DNA of 64,000 bases from the NCBI GenBank assembly GCA_003971905.1, contig RSEE01000054.1, positions 248,001 to 312,000 on the forward strand, in the 5' to 3' direction. Shown one piece after another: positions 11,513 through 24,635 of the stretch. Made by a program: the position numbers and the translations under genes. The stretch's first letter is position 1, and each line of letters opens with the position of its first letter. Source of the stretch: Moniliella sp. 'wahieum' (lineage: Eukaryota). The notes under the pieces were generated by a model that saw nothing but the letters and a program-made list of their open reading frames with translations, had not been told where the DNA came from and searched no databases.

Positions 11513-13744
11513 ATGGCCCCGGACGACGACGGCTTCACCGCCGTGCGCGCACAGGAGGCGCCCCAGGCACGTCTCCTGCGCCTCGCCGGCTGTTCGACAA
11601 GTTGACCGATGCCGCGCGCGACGAGGCGTTTGCTGCCGGCCGCGCCAAGGATGCCTGGACGCGCACCGCCATCGCCGCCCAGGCCGGCACCGCTGCCCGG
11701 CGCCTTTGCCCGGGTACGCCCCCGCGGCCGATGGCCGTGCGGGGCCGCCGACCCATGCGCCCGACGAGGCACGGCCCCAGTATGCGCGCGAACTCTTGGC
11801 CCAGTGCCAGCCCGATCCGCCGTCTTCACATCCCAAGGGGACAGGCGACTACGGCGAGTACGGGCTGGGATCGACGCTGTCGCATGCGGCGGCCGATGTG
11901 GCGGCGTACATGTACCCCCCGCCATCGCCTGCTGCTTCTGCTTCCTCCTCCCCTGCCCCCCGTCTGCCTCGCCCGCGCCCGAAGGCAGCACCACCATTAC
12001 CCCCGCTCGGACCAGAGAATGGATACCCCGGGTCGCACGTCTTTGGCCTGCTCCCACCGCCTCCGCCCCCGCCCTTGTCGACCAGCAGCGACGACCGCAC
12101 CCGACAACGGCAGCTCGAGTGGCACGCCTTCCTGCGCTATGCGGCGCTGAAAGAGCGAGAGCTGTACAGCGTTTTTCGACATTTGGACCAGGACCGCGAC
12201 GGCCGACTGACTGTGCGCGAGGTGGAAGCTGCCTTGGCCGCGCACGACATTACCCTCTCCGACACCCAGCTGCACGACTTTATTGCCTCGCTCAGCAGCA
12301 GTCGCAACTGGCACGCGCACCTCACTGGGGATGCGGTGCCCCCAGCCAGGGCGAGGGCGACAGCCGCGGTCCGACAGCGTATGTGACCTGGCCCGAATTT
12401 CGGGACTACCTGTTACTCTTGCCGCGCACGCCGAGTGTGCCCGAGATTGTGCGGTTCTACCAAGCGCGCAAGGTCTATGGCCTGTTCCGGCGCGAGAGTG
12501 GCATCTTTCGTGACTTGGCCTCGGGCAGCTGGGCGCACAGTTACTACCACTTTACGCGCATGAACGCGGCGGCGCCGGTGTGACGGCCGATGGCGATTCG
12601 GATGTGACGGGCAACTTGGACGATGCGACACGCAAGTTCAAGCCCAAACGACCCGAACCTGACTCGGACACCACCGAGACGCCCGTTGCTGAGCTGTGGA
12701 TGACGAGGCGCTGGACGAGGAACAGCTGGAAGAGGAGGGAAGCATCCTCCGGGGGGGTGGCGATCAAGTATCTTCTCGCTGGCGGCATTGCCGGTGGCAT
12801 TTCTCGTACTGCCACGGCCCCCTTTGATCGGCTCAAGGTGTACCTGATTACCCAGAGTACCGCCGTACCCAGCGGTAAGAATGGCCATGCGGGACGAATG
12901 ATGGAGGCGGCTCGGACGCTGTACGTCAAAGGCGGTGGCCTGCGTTCGTTTTGGGTCGGCAATGGCCTGAACGTCGTCAAGATCTTCCCCGAATCGGCAA
13001 TCAAGTTCTTCTCGTACGAATCGATCAACGCGTCTTTGCTCAACAGGTTGATCACGTCTCGGACCCACGTGACATTTCCCCGCGCTCCCGTTTCATCTCG
13101 GGTGGTCTGGCCGGGATCACGGCCCAACTTTGTACGTCCGCCTCTTGAGCGCCAGGGGGTTTTGCGTGCTGCGCACATGGACTGACCTGACCGATTTATT
13201 GCATTGCCTCCCTAGCCATCTACCCCGTCGAGACCGTCAAGACGGTGATGATGAGTTCCTCCTACAATGGCCGTGGAGACGGAGGTCAACGAGCATGGCT
13301 GTTGTCCAGACCGTGCGCTCCATCTACGCCAAAGGAGGTGTGCGGGGCTTCTATCGTGGTCTGCCCGCTGGGCTGGTGGGCGTGTTTCCCTACAGTGCGA
13401 TCGACATGTCGACGTTTGAAGGTGCCAAGCTGGCCTACTTGCAGGCGGCCGGCCGGAGCGACATGCCCGTGTACGCAACGCTGATGATTGGCTCCTTTAG
13501 TGGCTCGGCTGGGGCCATCACGGTCTACCCGCTCAACTTGGTCCGCACCCGTCTCCAGGCCAGTGGCACGCCAGCCCACCCTTATATCTACCATGGCTTT
13601 GTCGATGCCTTTCGCCAGACGTATGTGCGCGAGGGATCCGGGCTTTATGGCGGCCTGGGCCCAACCTTGGCCAAGGTCATTCCGGCCGTGTCGATTTCGT
13701 ACACGGTGTATGAGCAGAGCAAAAAGCTGTTGGGCGTGCTCTAG
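11513..13744 (+). CDS. SAL1: Ca2+-binding mitochondrial carrier (ATP-Mg/Pi carrier, SCaMC family)
   Basis: EF-hand [16 protein letters not shown] and [10 protein letters not shown]. Carrier signatures [55 protein letters not shown]. Intron ~13132-13215. Start approximate. Confidence 0.9.
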
Positions 13745-14455
13745 CGCACGCCCTCGGCTTCACCCCCTCCGTTACTCGTTACCTAAGATCAAAGAATCCG
13801 AGTTGGCTGTTGTTTGCTTGTTGTTGTTTGTCTGTTTGTTTGTGTTGGCGCTGGCCACCTGGTTTGACCATCTTTCTCGGCCGGGTTCGGGTTCGCCGAT
13901 CCATGCCTGCCCTCCTTCCACACACCCCCGTCTACCCCTACGCACCGCCCGTTCTTGATCCATCCCCGCATCCCATCACAACCATTGAGCTTGTTGCACA
14001 TGGGCAGACCGGTCCCTTACCACCCAGATAGAACACAGTCCACCAGCAAGGAAGCTCGACTGACTGGGCAGCCTATGGGGAGGGGGAGGGAAGAAAACTG
14101 GCTGATACGCCACAAAAAGTAAGGAGAAAGGGAACAAGTACGTTACGTGCGAAATCAACAGGCACAGAAGAAAATGGCAAGGGCAGGGGGGAGAAATAAG
14201 GGGGCAAGAGGAGGGAGGGGGGCTTGGACACATGATCGAAATCAAGATAGGGTCAAAGCCTGCGCCTCAGGCCGCTGGCCATCGGTGTGGTCGTAGGATC
14301 GTGCAGCGAGGGCTGCCACGGCGCACTTTGACGTGCGCCATGGCCCGGCGGGCAAAAAAAGGGATACAGTAGGAGAGGAAGAGGGACATACGGAGATGAT
14401 ATCGCAGGGTGAAAGGGGAGGAGAGAGGAGGAGAGGAGAGATGGGAAGCTTGGAC

Positions 14456-15126
14456 TTAGGCCGCCACTTTCTTAGGGAAGAAGACGGGGTGTAGACCTTG
14501 AGGTAGAGCAGCTTGGCGCCCTGGTCTGCGGCAGCTGCAGCCAGAGGAGGAAGAGAGTCTTCAAGGTATAGTAGGACGGGATCCAGTAGAGCAAAGGGGG
14601 AGAAGGACTCGAGGATGGTGAGGAAGCCATACGAGACCCAGTACATGGTCCTACATGCCGCTGTTAGTATCGTGGCCAGAGCACCAAGGAGCGACAAAAG
14701 CATCAAGTACGTACCACTGCTTGTCGTCGTCAGTGCCCGGCGTCTCGAGGGCACGGAGGGAGAGGTAGGTGGGCAGCGCCACGCCAACAAAGTTGGTCAG
14801 GAACGTGGCGGCAATGTTGAAGAAGATGGCGGTGGTCACAATGACAAAGAGACCGATGGTGCCCCATGCCTTGGGGACATGGGTCAGCTCCTCGGCCTTG
14901 ACGAGCGCGGGGTACTGGGCCAACTGGGACGGGAGCCGAGGTCAGAGGCAGAGCGAGACAGGCACAGCGGGGACAGAGGCCGGGGGCTGGGCGCACGGCG
15001 CGTACGTACCTCCTTGTCGATCTGGGCAATGTAGTAGTTGATCTTGGCGTGCACGCTCTTGACCTGGGGAGGAACATTGACGTTGCGCAGGCCCTGGAGC
15101 TGGGGGGGGAGCTGGAACGACGACAT
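14456..15126 (-). CDS. YOP1: YOP1/DP1/REEP ER-shaping membrane protein
   Basis: YYIAQIDKE, LTNFVGVALPTYLSLRALETPGTDDDKQW, YWVSYGFLTILESF, GAKLLY. Two short introns with gtacgt donors. Confidence 0.93.
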
Positions 15127-15939
15127 GGCGAGCGCAGCAGCGAAAGGAGGAGAGGTGGTGGTGGGGCGGTGCTGGGTCGCGCGACGAGGTGCGCTCCCGC
15201 CAGCGCCCGCTGGACGCAGCACGCACCTGCCCCGGGTGTGTGAGATTACACAGGGCCGCACAGGGGCAGTGCGCACCCCTCTGGAGGGCCATGGCAGCGT
15301 CAATGTGGGACGCCGCTTGTGGCACGGCGCCGGTGTGGGTGAGAGGGCTGCGCGGCTGGTGCCCCGACACCGCATGGCGCCAGTCTCCTGGTCCCTGAAA
15401 CGTTTCCATCGCACGGCGGGGCCACAGGCCCCAGCCCGGTCTAAGGTGCGCTGGAAACGCCTCCTATTCCTGGACAATTGAACGGTGATTGATTATTGAT
15501 TCTGCGAGCCAGCCGGGTTTGGTCGGGCTCGGCGTGGGAGCTTAGTGCCGACTTGGCATAGTTTACCTCGCCTCCATTAATATTCAGCTTGCCCGCCTTG
15601 GATTGTGCTACACTGCAAACCCTCTCCAATAAGCACACGTAGTCATTGCGACCCACACTACCCGTGCGGCCCTCAGAAATACCATACACTGTGGAATTTG
15701 GCTCGCTGGAAGCGAGTCCCGTACCCACATCTACGTCAGGAGTCCCCCAAGGCCGACCTGGGCAAGGACGAGCGAATAAAGGCATTGCGGGCATGAAGCA
15801 TGAAAGCAACAGAACATCCCGTACAAAGCGGGAAAAGCCCTATCGGGGTGGCACGAGACAGATTTTGTTGAGGGCGGGACTACTTGGCGTTGCAACGCAG
15901 AACGACGGGCAGGGGCGCCGGCACGAGTTCGGGTCCATT

Positions 15940-16722
15940 TCACGCAGGCAGCTCGAACTTTTGGCCCTGCAGCACCTTGGTAAAGTAGACTTGCGAGGCA
16001 AAGTCAGAGCCGAAGCAGTAAGGGGGGCAGCGGATGGATACATACTGTGGAAAAAGTCGGCGTAGAGGGCGGTCTGGACCAGGCCGGCGATGAAGCCGTA
16101 AGTATTAAAATCGGCTGTGCCGTGGAAGATGAGAATGTAAAGCCAGTTGAGCAAGTACAGCGCCCTGTAGACACCCAGTGCAAAGATGTAAGTGTGGTGC
16201 TTGTCTCGGCCTCGCCCGTGCGCTGCAACAAGAAGAACTGGGGCAGGATGGAGACGGCTCGAGGAAGATTGAGAAGGACCAAAGGACCGAAGTCGGTGTG
16301 AGTTCGGGATGGAAGATAGAGCCAGAACGGTAGCGGGTCCAATGAGATATGATAGTGGCAAGCTGTCAAGAGAAGGATTGTGGGTTTGCCTGAGGGTGCA
16401 AAAACCAAAGACGGTGCCAGGTCAGAAAGGGTACGCTAGAATACAGACGGCTAACGTACCGATACTTGGCCTGGATCAGGTAGAGGATGGCAGCGGACGA
16501 CCCGATAAAGAAGGATTTCATGCACACGATATAGATGGTAAACGTCCATCCATAGGGCGAAGTGCTGAAGAGGTCGAGGTAGCGAGTGACAAAAACGATA
16601 AAGTACAACAGTTGGGACTTGAAGCTGAGTCCGCGTGTGGTACGGCGGGTGTGGATCGCATAGAGCAGCAGCGCAATGCTGGCCAAGTGGGAAAGATCGG
16701 CGGCAATTCGGAAGACGTTCAT
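15940..16722 (-). CDS. ERD2: ER lumen protein-retaining (HDEL/KDEL) receptor
   Basis: MNVFRIAADLSHLASI, GLSFKSQLLY..VFVTRYLDLF, ILPQFFLLQRTGEAET, YIFALGVYRALY, AGLVQTALYADFF, C-terminal KVLQGQKFELPA*. Contains introns. Confidence 0.96.
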
Positions 16723-17384
16723 GGCTGACAGTGCCCAGGACGGGCGAGGAACTGGGGCCAGCGCTTGCACACAGACGCTCGTCGGCCCGCGACGGGGATG
16801 GGTTGTTTTGGAAGCGCACTTGTGGACACAGCTCATCCTCTCAGGTTGTACCCACCCTTGAAAAGCTCACGGTAATGGAGCGCGGCTGACGCCTGACGTC
16901 AGCCTGGTGGCGCCACCTAGGGCAACTCGCCCCGCCCTCATAACCAGTTGAAAGCCTCCTCCAGTTTCAACCTTACTAGTTTGACAAAAAGCGAAGAGGG
17001 CGCAAGAGAGACTGATAACGATGAAGGTTTATCTATCGGAAGGGAGACAGGGTCACATGTCACCAGGCGGCACAGATGAGAGAGGCGTCAAGCTTCAAGA
17101 GACAAAATGAAGTGGACAGAGAGGGAAATATACTTATTGGCACACGGCTAGAATCTCCAAGGGGGTGGGTTATAGAAGAAACGCTCTAGGCAGCCCGGGG
17201 GGTGAGAGATGATGTGTGTGCTGATGTGGATATAGGGGGGGAATAAACAGTGCGGTTTTGAGAGTGGTGTTAGAGTCCGCAGAGAATTGTTGGCCGTGAT
17301 GAAAATGTGAATCGTAAATGTGAGTAGGAGAAGAGTGTTTGCCCATATATGCTGCATCCGCACAGCGAGGCAAAGGACAATCAG

Positions 17385-20061
17385 TCACCCATGAGGGGTG
17401 AGAACTTTAAGGGGTCCAAGCTGACCCATCGCCCTCGCCTCCAAGGCGATCGTCGCCATCCGATGAGAGAGGGAAGAACTTCTCAATTGGACTAAGAGGA
17501 ATGCCCGCCGAGGGGACCGAAATTTCGTGCACGGGCTGCTTGGTGCTCTTAATCCAGAAGGGGAGTCCCCAGGAGAGACGAGTGTCAAACAGGAGAGTGA
17601 ATCATCAAAATCAGAGTTGGGTGAAGCTCTCTCATCATCGAACTCAAACCCTCAGGCCCAGGGTATCCAAACCGGGTCAGGAGGGGGCGGCATGAGTGTT
17701 TCGTTGGTTGTGGTGGGCAAGAAAGGGGAGGGGGAACAGGCGTGCTTCTTGAGTGCCCCGGCCACATCACGGACCAGCACTGTATCGCGCCCTGTCCAGG
17801 AGGGAGCACATGAGCGACTGACAAGAAGGGGGCAAAAGGCGTTCCAATGAAAGAAACACGCTGGCCCCTAACGCTTTTTGGGGTGCGCGTGCAGCCGAGA
17901 AAGAGAGCGGAGAACCGGGGCAGAGATGGGCTGGGTGTACAAGGTTCGGCTGGGGATGCTAGGGAAGAACCACAAGCAAGCGAGTCAGGTGATGCTTCTC
18001 GTGACCCCTCAGACAGCTGTAGATCAAAGAACTCATTGCTCTCAACGGTGGAAGCGGAGTGCCCTGGGGACGAAATGGCCATGTTGGTCGGCAGATTGGA
18101 ATCAGGTGGGCAGAAACTGGTGCGGTCGGAAACGTACCCCGTGGAACCAGAGACGACGGGCCAATCCAACCCAGGGGATTGCATGTCAAAAGATACTTGG
18201 GAGGGGCACACGATTCTCCTTATTTGCGAGACCCAATCAAGGGATGGGTACCCCTTTGAAGGAAGAGCCAGCTCAGGCACAGTGTTGGACCTTGGCTTTG
18301 ATGAGCCTTTCTTCCATGGATTGGAGAAAGTGATTGGAGGTGCGAGCATCCTTGATTCGATTCCCCACTTCCTACGGAGTAGGAACGCTGCATGACATCT
18401 GCTCGCTGAGGAGGCATCAGTAAAGTTGGCGGCATGGTGTCACGGTCCCAATGAAGAATGCTGCGGCGCAGATGCATCAAGCATCATCATCCGGGAGAGA
18501 CGGGATTAGAGAGTGCGCCAGATAGACACAAAGACGAAGGGAGGGGGTGGGTCTTCAAGGGAGAGGCGCGATTCGGTTTTTCGAGTGAGCGCGGTCCACG
18601 AATGACCGGTGCCGGCCGCCGCTTTAAAAGCAGGGGGGACAATTTTGTGGACGCAACAGAACCCACCGGCTCCTCCCCCTGCTCCTTGCGGAGAAAGCCC
18701 GGCCCATTCACATGGCCCTTCAAGAATGGAGAGGCCTGTCGTGAAGGTATAACGAGTTGTGAAATGGTGTCATCGGGACATCCACCCCGCGCATTTCCTC
18801 GGGGAGACAGGAGTTCCATGATTTGATCTTGTTAAACTGCCGGGTCTGGTCATTGTACCGAAACGGCCACGTACAGCTGCTCTGTCAAGGGGTTCCATAC
18901 TGTTGTGGCGGGCCGTCCTCGAATAAAGCGGGTGTAAAACATAACAAACACCGTTCCACACATCTTGGATTTTGTGGTCTACCACCAAACCGGTCTTGAA
19001 CACCTCGTTAGGAAGAAACTGGCGCGAGGGAGGGTGCACCGTTTCTTCTGGTCGGTTGTACCAGCATACTGAAACATAATATTGCCCGCTGACTTTGGCT
19101 GGCGATGAAGGAAAAGTGGTGGAGGAAGTGGTCGAATCCGACTTCAAGGATGGGGACGTTGGCGTCCCGGTTTGATCCATCTTGCGTAGCACCTTGAAAT
19201 CTGTCCTACAATGGGTTTGGCTGGGTTTAGAGGATTAAGCACGTGGACCCAGTCGCCCACGCGTATGTCTGGCCTTTGTACTCAATTTGGCTGAGAAAGG
19301 TTTTTTCGCGACCGTGAAGACGTGAATGAGAGGAGACCAAGTCGGCGGTCGAGGTAGGGAGCAAGTCCATAGCGGCTGGGCCAAGGCGGATGCCTCCCCG
19401 CATGATCTAAGCCTCGGGAGAAAACGTGCTGTGCCCCTCTCCAGGGCCAACAGGGATCGAGGTAAATGGATGGGCTCGAGAGAAAAACGATTGGCCACAG
19501 CCCATATGAGCCTCGATCGCCTGGGTCGAGCTTGCGCGGGCCAGGCGACAAGCTCATGGTACGCACGCTGGATCCTCACGACCTGCCCGTATCCAGGACT
19601 TCCAACAGGGTTGGCCAGGCGAGCGTTTGCAAAGAGACGTAGCATGTCCTTCTCGAATGCAGCTGGTGAAGGGAAGGCGTGTGCTGCAATCTTTCGTTCA
19701 ATCGTGAGCAACGAAAGGGGCTCAGACACCTGGGTGTTGGGAGGATGAGAGGACAGCGTATTAGTCACACACACGAAACAAAATGAGCGGCGCATCTGCG
19801 TACCTTGGCGAAGTGCTTAGCGTCGGAAAAGGAGTCCGGGCAGAGGTCCAGGTATGGGGGGAGAAAAGGGGCGGGGTAGCGAGGGTGGCGTGCTGGGGTA
19901 AGGTGGCGGAGGTGGTCCACTACTGACGAGTAAACGGCATGAGCGTTGGCGCGTGCGGACACTTTCTCTCCGGCTGGCAAGGGTGGTAGGTGAAGCCACG
20001 AATCGCAAGCAGCAGTGGACGTGGAACGAGGGGTGGTAAGGTGAGTGGTCTTGGAGGCCAT
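17385..20061 (-). CDS. RSC1/RSC2-like chromatin-remodelling subunit (bromodomain + BAH domain)
   Basis: Bromo-like EPLSLLTIERKI..FEKDMLRLFANAR. BAH-like GDWVHVLNP, VGQIFKV, VCWYNRPEETVHPPSRQFLPNEVFKT, RYNDQTRQFNKIKSWNSCLPEE, then SPFL..GPG. The Ser/Pro-rich tail and 3' end are uncertain. Confidence 0.8.
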
Positions 20062-21517
20062 GTTGGGGGGGCACAAAAGAGGCAGAGAAACGGATGTGTG
20101 TGGACGGTGGTGTGATGCACAAAAAACCGGTAAGAAGAGGGAGCACGGTTGCGGGCAGTGGAGATAATGATGGCGATATCCTTCTTGGAGGAGGGACAAT
20201 GGAGAAAGAGAGGAGAAGAATGCGAAAGGAGGAAGGAGCTGGGGAAACGGGGGCTATGTGTTGCGAGAGCAAAACAACGGCGCCCCACACCGTTTGGGGC
20301 TTGGAAGGCCCTGAGCGCCCTGAGCGCTGATGCATGATGCATGGTGCTGTTGGGGCATGGGCACACGGGCGCTGTACCAGCTCCCCTTGTGGCGCAACTC
20401 GGTGCCAGCAGCAGGGCGCCAGTGCGCAGGTGACGTTGGCACATCCGCCACAGGGGCACAGTCCCCTGCTATCTGCCGTCCAAGCCAAGACCCTGAGACA
20501 CACCCCGGACCTGGGCGCCCTGAGATCCTGAGATTCTGAGAGCTTGAGGCGTCCGAGAAGGACATGAGCGCTGGATGTGGCCTAGGCCGGAGCACCTGAG
20601 CGCTGGAACCTGCTTGAGCCCCCCAAGCCACACACCGCCGAAGATGCCCACATCCAACGGGCCACGCTCTGCCTCGCCACAGTGCTGGCATGCCTCTGTA
20701 GCCACGCCACCACCGCCACTCCAACTAAGAGCACAACACCCTACTTTCAGTCTGCTGTTGGTTTCCGGCCCATTTTCCGTCACGCGTCATTGTCCTCGAC
20801 TTCATTTCATCAATCAGCGTGCAAACGTCACCGTCTTCAGGCGCATGGCAACACGTGTAACAGTCGGGGCTAGTAGTCGAGCGAGACCAAGGTGCTGTCA
20901 GAGACGGAGGGGGAAATGATGGCCAGGTCGTTCTCGTGTGGTGGAAAACAGGAGGCATCGGGCAGAGAGAGAGAGAGGGACAGAAGCAATGAATGGGAAA
21001 GGGCTGAGCAGCTGTTCTTCACCAGTGGAGATGCCGTCGTCCGACAGCCGCGGTCACGGCCTCCGTGACCCACATAGTTGGTGGCTTATGGAACGGTGGA
21101 CTAATAGCCTAGCAGTGGCCCAAATGACCCCAAACAGCTCGCCGTGGGCACTCCCAGCCGTGTTTCCTGACGCCTGTTCTACGGGGTTTCCTGTTTACCC
21201 TTGCCCTGATTCTCCTTCAGTCCATCTACCTAACTTTCCCTTTCAGACTGACTGTCACACGCCGGTTTCCCGTCAAGCCGATCCTGAGTTCCAGGCTTGC
21301 CATTTTCGCAATGGACCCCCTATGCGGGTCCGGCACGTGGCATATGCCTTAGCTGCAGTGCGGTATGCGCTGAAGGATATGCGTCTGTGCCCTCTATGTG
21401 TTTGCTCTGTGTGTCGCAATCGGGCGGAGACGCCAGAGACAGTATAGATCCCCTTTCAGACCGATTGCGAGCCCTGGGAATCAAGGGGCTTCCAGCTCCC
21501 CAGTCCTGGAACGCTTA

Positions 21518-22893
21518 CTAGGCCAACAGCCGCGTCAGCAACTCGACCAGTTGCTCATTTTCTTCCTTGGTTCCAATAGTGATGCGTAGGCACCCAGGGC
21601 ATCCCAACTCCTTGGAACGGTCACGAACAACAACGCCATATTTCTCAGCCATGACCTTGTATACCTGGCCAGCCCGTGCCGAGTCCGGTTGAGCGTTTGC
21701 GTCCGACCGGGGACGGTCCAAAACCGGGACAAGGACAAAATTGGCATCATTGCTCCCCTTTGCTTGCCCCAAAGCTGGAATCTTGCTCAACGCATCTAGG
21801 AGCCAGGCCCGGTTCGCAATGAGCGTCGTAATGTTGTTCCGCATCTTCTCCAGCCCGGCATCGCTTAGGGCCAGTGAGGCCAGACGAGCGGCAGGCACCG
21901 AGACATTGTACGGTGCTTTGGTGTTGTTCATGATCTGAATCAGAGGGGGTGAAGCGTACGCCACGCCCATGCTAACAGTACGAGGAGTAGTAAAGGGTCA
22001 GTGGTGTCCTGGTAAAGGGAAGATAAACATACCGCACACCCGCCAAGCCATACGCCTTGCTCAGCGTCTCCGTAACGATCACGTTCGCATACTTGTTGAC
22101 AAGTGGTACAGCGGACACTGGCGGTTCAGCAGCGCGTTTGCCTTCACGAATCTTGCTCAGCAAAGTCAATATAGGCTTGATCAACAACCACCAAACCGTT
22201 CCAGCGATCAAAGTTGGCGATCGACTCGATAGCCTTCATCGAAAGGAGTGTGCCAGTCGGGTTGCCAGGAGAGCAGAGGAAGACAGCCTTAATGCTGGGG
22301 TCTTTTGCTAGAGTGGATAGGATGGCCTCCGTGTCGAGAGCAAAGCGGCCATTTTCCCTGCCTTCACCTGTGCCCGGAGCTGGATCGACAATCAAGGGTA
22401 CCTTGACCACCTCAAGTTCATTCACTGCTGCACACACAGCGTACATGCCATACGTGGGCGGACAGATGAGAATCTTGTCTTTCCCCGGACGGCCGACGAT
22501 GCGCTGAATCAGATCCAGCACCTCGTCCGAGCCGACGCCAAGCATAACGTTCTCCTCACCTCGACGCCGCGAAGAGTTGCGAGGCGTTTCTTGACGCCAA
22601 ATAGGACGGGTCAGGGTACCTGTGAAGCGGCAAGCGCAGCAGATCCGCCTCCTCGCTTTCTACCGAGCCTGGCACAGTATCGGGAAGTGGTGCAGGGAGG
22701 CCATGGCCTAGGCTGTTCTCATTGGCGTCCAGCAGGACACCCTCTTGGTAGTCGTCGCGGGCACAGCGGTAGGGCTGGAGAGCGAGGATGTTGGACGGAT
22801 GAGGGTGGTGAGGTCGAAATGGGCAGGCTTGAGCGTGGCCTGAAGGTGGGCCGCCCTCTCGGCGCTGATCCCGGGGATGGCGAGGGAGGACAT
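21518..22893 (-). CDS. HIS5: Histidinol-phosphate aminotransferase
   Basis: LQPYRCARDDY..LLDANEN, LGVGSDEVLD, PPTYGMY, FLCSPGNPTG, VVVDQAYIDF, PLP-lysine motif TLSKAYGLAG, CLRITIGT. Intron ~21972-22032. Confidence 0.97.
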
Positions 22894-23281
22894 GGAGGTG
22901 GGGTGACGACGGTCTGGCAAAGTGGCACGGCGGACAGCGGAGATGTGAGTGTCCGTGGGCCATTTGATACCGCGCCGCGTGTGGGATTCTTCTCCGTCCT
23001 AGCAGCTGGAGCAATAAATCGTCACGTTACGCCGCGGCACACACCCGCCGCTTGCAACTTTCAATCGCAGCCCACTCGAAGTGAAATGTGCAGCTCCTGT
23101 GGGGGCGCTTACGGCAGCCAGTTCGACCCGCGGGCGACCAGCAGAGGCCGGGGCCGATAGCAACGGCGCCGATCATCGAATCGACACCGAGCATCATCGA
23201 CATGCTTCATCCTGGCTCGGCTGCTCACACCGACACCAACCCACTCGCGCCGGCCACCCGATCCACATCTGGCTGCCCAGG

Positions 23282-24387
23282 ATGGAGATGCTCTCCTTCA
23301 ATGTCGACAATGGCTACCTCGAGGGCGTGGTGCGCGGTTACATGAACGGCCTCTTGACAGCGCAGCAGTTCCAAACCCTCACCCAGTGCGAGACGCTTGA
23401 GGATCTGCGCATGCAGCTCTCGGCCACCGACTATGGCAACTTCCTCGCCAACGAGCCCTCCCCCCTGACCACAAGTGTCGTCCTCGACCGTGCCACCCGC
23501 CGCATGGTGACTCAGTTCGAGTACCTACGCGAAAACGCAGTGTACCCTCTAAGCAAGTTCCTTGACCTCGTCACCTACGCCTACATGATCGACAATGTCA
23601 TCCTCCTCATCACCGGCACACTCCACGAGCGCGACACACACGAGCTCCTTGAGCGCTGCCACCCCTTGGGCTGGTTCGACACGCTCCCAGCCCTCAGTGT
23701 GGCCAACACTGTCGATGAGCTGTATCAGACCGTGTTAGTTGAGACCCCACTGGCCCCCTATTTCCGCGACTGTCTCTCGGCCGCGGACTGGACGACCTCA
23801 ACATTGAGATCATTCGCAACACTCTCTACAAGTCGTATCTCGAGGACTTTTACCAGTTTTCGCTATCTCTTGGCGGGGTGACGACCGAGGCGATGCAAGA
23901 CTTACTGCCTTTGAGGCTGATCGCCGCGTTATCTCCATCACGGTCAACAGTTTGGTACCAGCCTGACCAAGGAGGAGCGAGCCCGTCTCTTCCCCTCCAT
24001 TGGCAAACTCTACCCGGCCGGAAACAACGCGTTGGCTCGTGCAGACGATGTGGAGCAGGTCAAGGCCGTGTGCGACATGGTTCCAGAGTATAAGTCCTTC
24101 TTTGATGCCCCGCCAGGACAGGAAGAGGCTCAATTGGACCATCTGGAAGACAAATTTTCCAAAGAGGAAGTGAGGATCAATAAAATCCTCACCATCCAAC
24201 AGTTTAACTTCTCCATCTTTTACGCCTGGACTAAGCTCAAAGAACAGGAAATTCGTACCCTTGGTTGGATTGCGGAGTGCATTGCTCAAGGCGCCCGAGG
24301 TTCGTATCTTATCCTCCTACCGTTGCTATGTGGCGGACACTGATACTGCGTTTCTTCAGACCGCATTGCGACTACATCAATGTATGA
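23282..24387 (+). CDS. VMA6: V-type H+-ATPase V0 subunit d
   Basis: [66 protein letters not shown]. Late intron ~24300-24359. Confidence 0.97.
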
Positions 24388-24635
24388 CTCTCTCCACCTC
24401 ATATCTGCCCTGTGTCCCCTTGCCTCTCACATCTCAATACCAAAAAACCTCATCATTCTCTGGCAGCCGCGTGCCTCTTAGAATACATGTTCGCCACCAT
24501 TACTATGAGCCTGACGGATAAGTTGTACATGCATCCAAAGCGGTAAAATGATCAAGCATTTGTGTAGCTCCATCAATCGGAGTGGAAACGTGGCAATAAT
24601 CAAATGATAGGAAAGGACGGCAAGGGCACAAGAGC

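Noticed and set aside
14456..16722. Adjacent ER genes YOP1 and ERD2 as a functional cluster
   Set aside because: Two tandem housekeeping genes with no shared element seen, so chance adjacency is sufficient.
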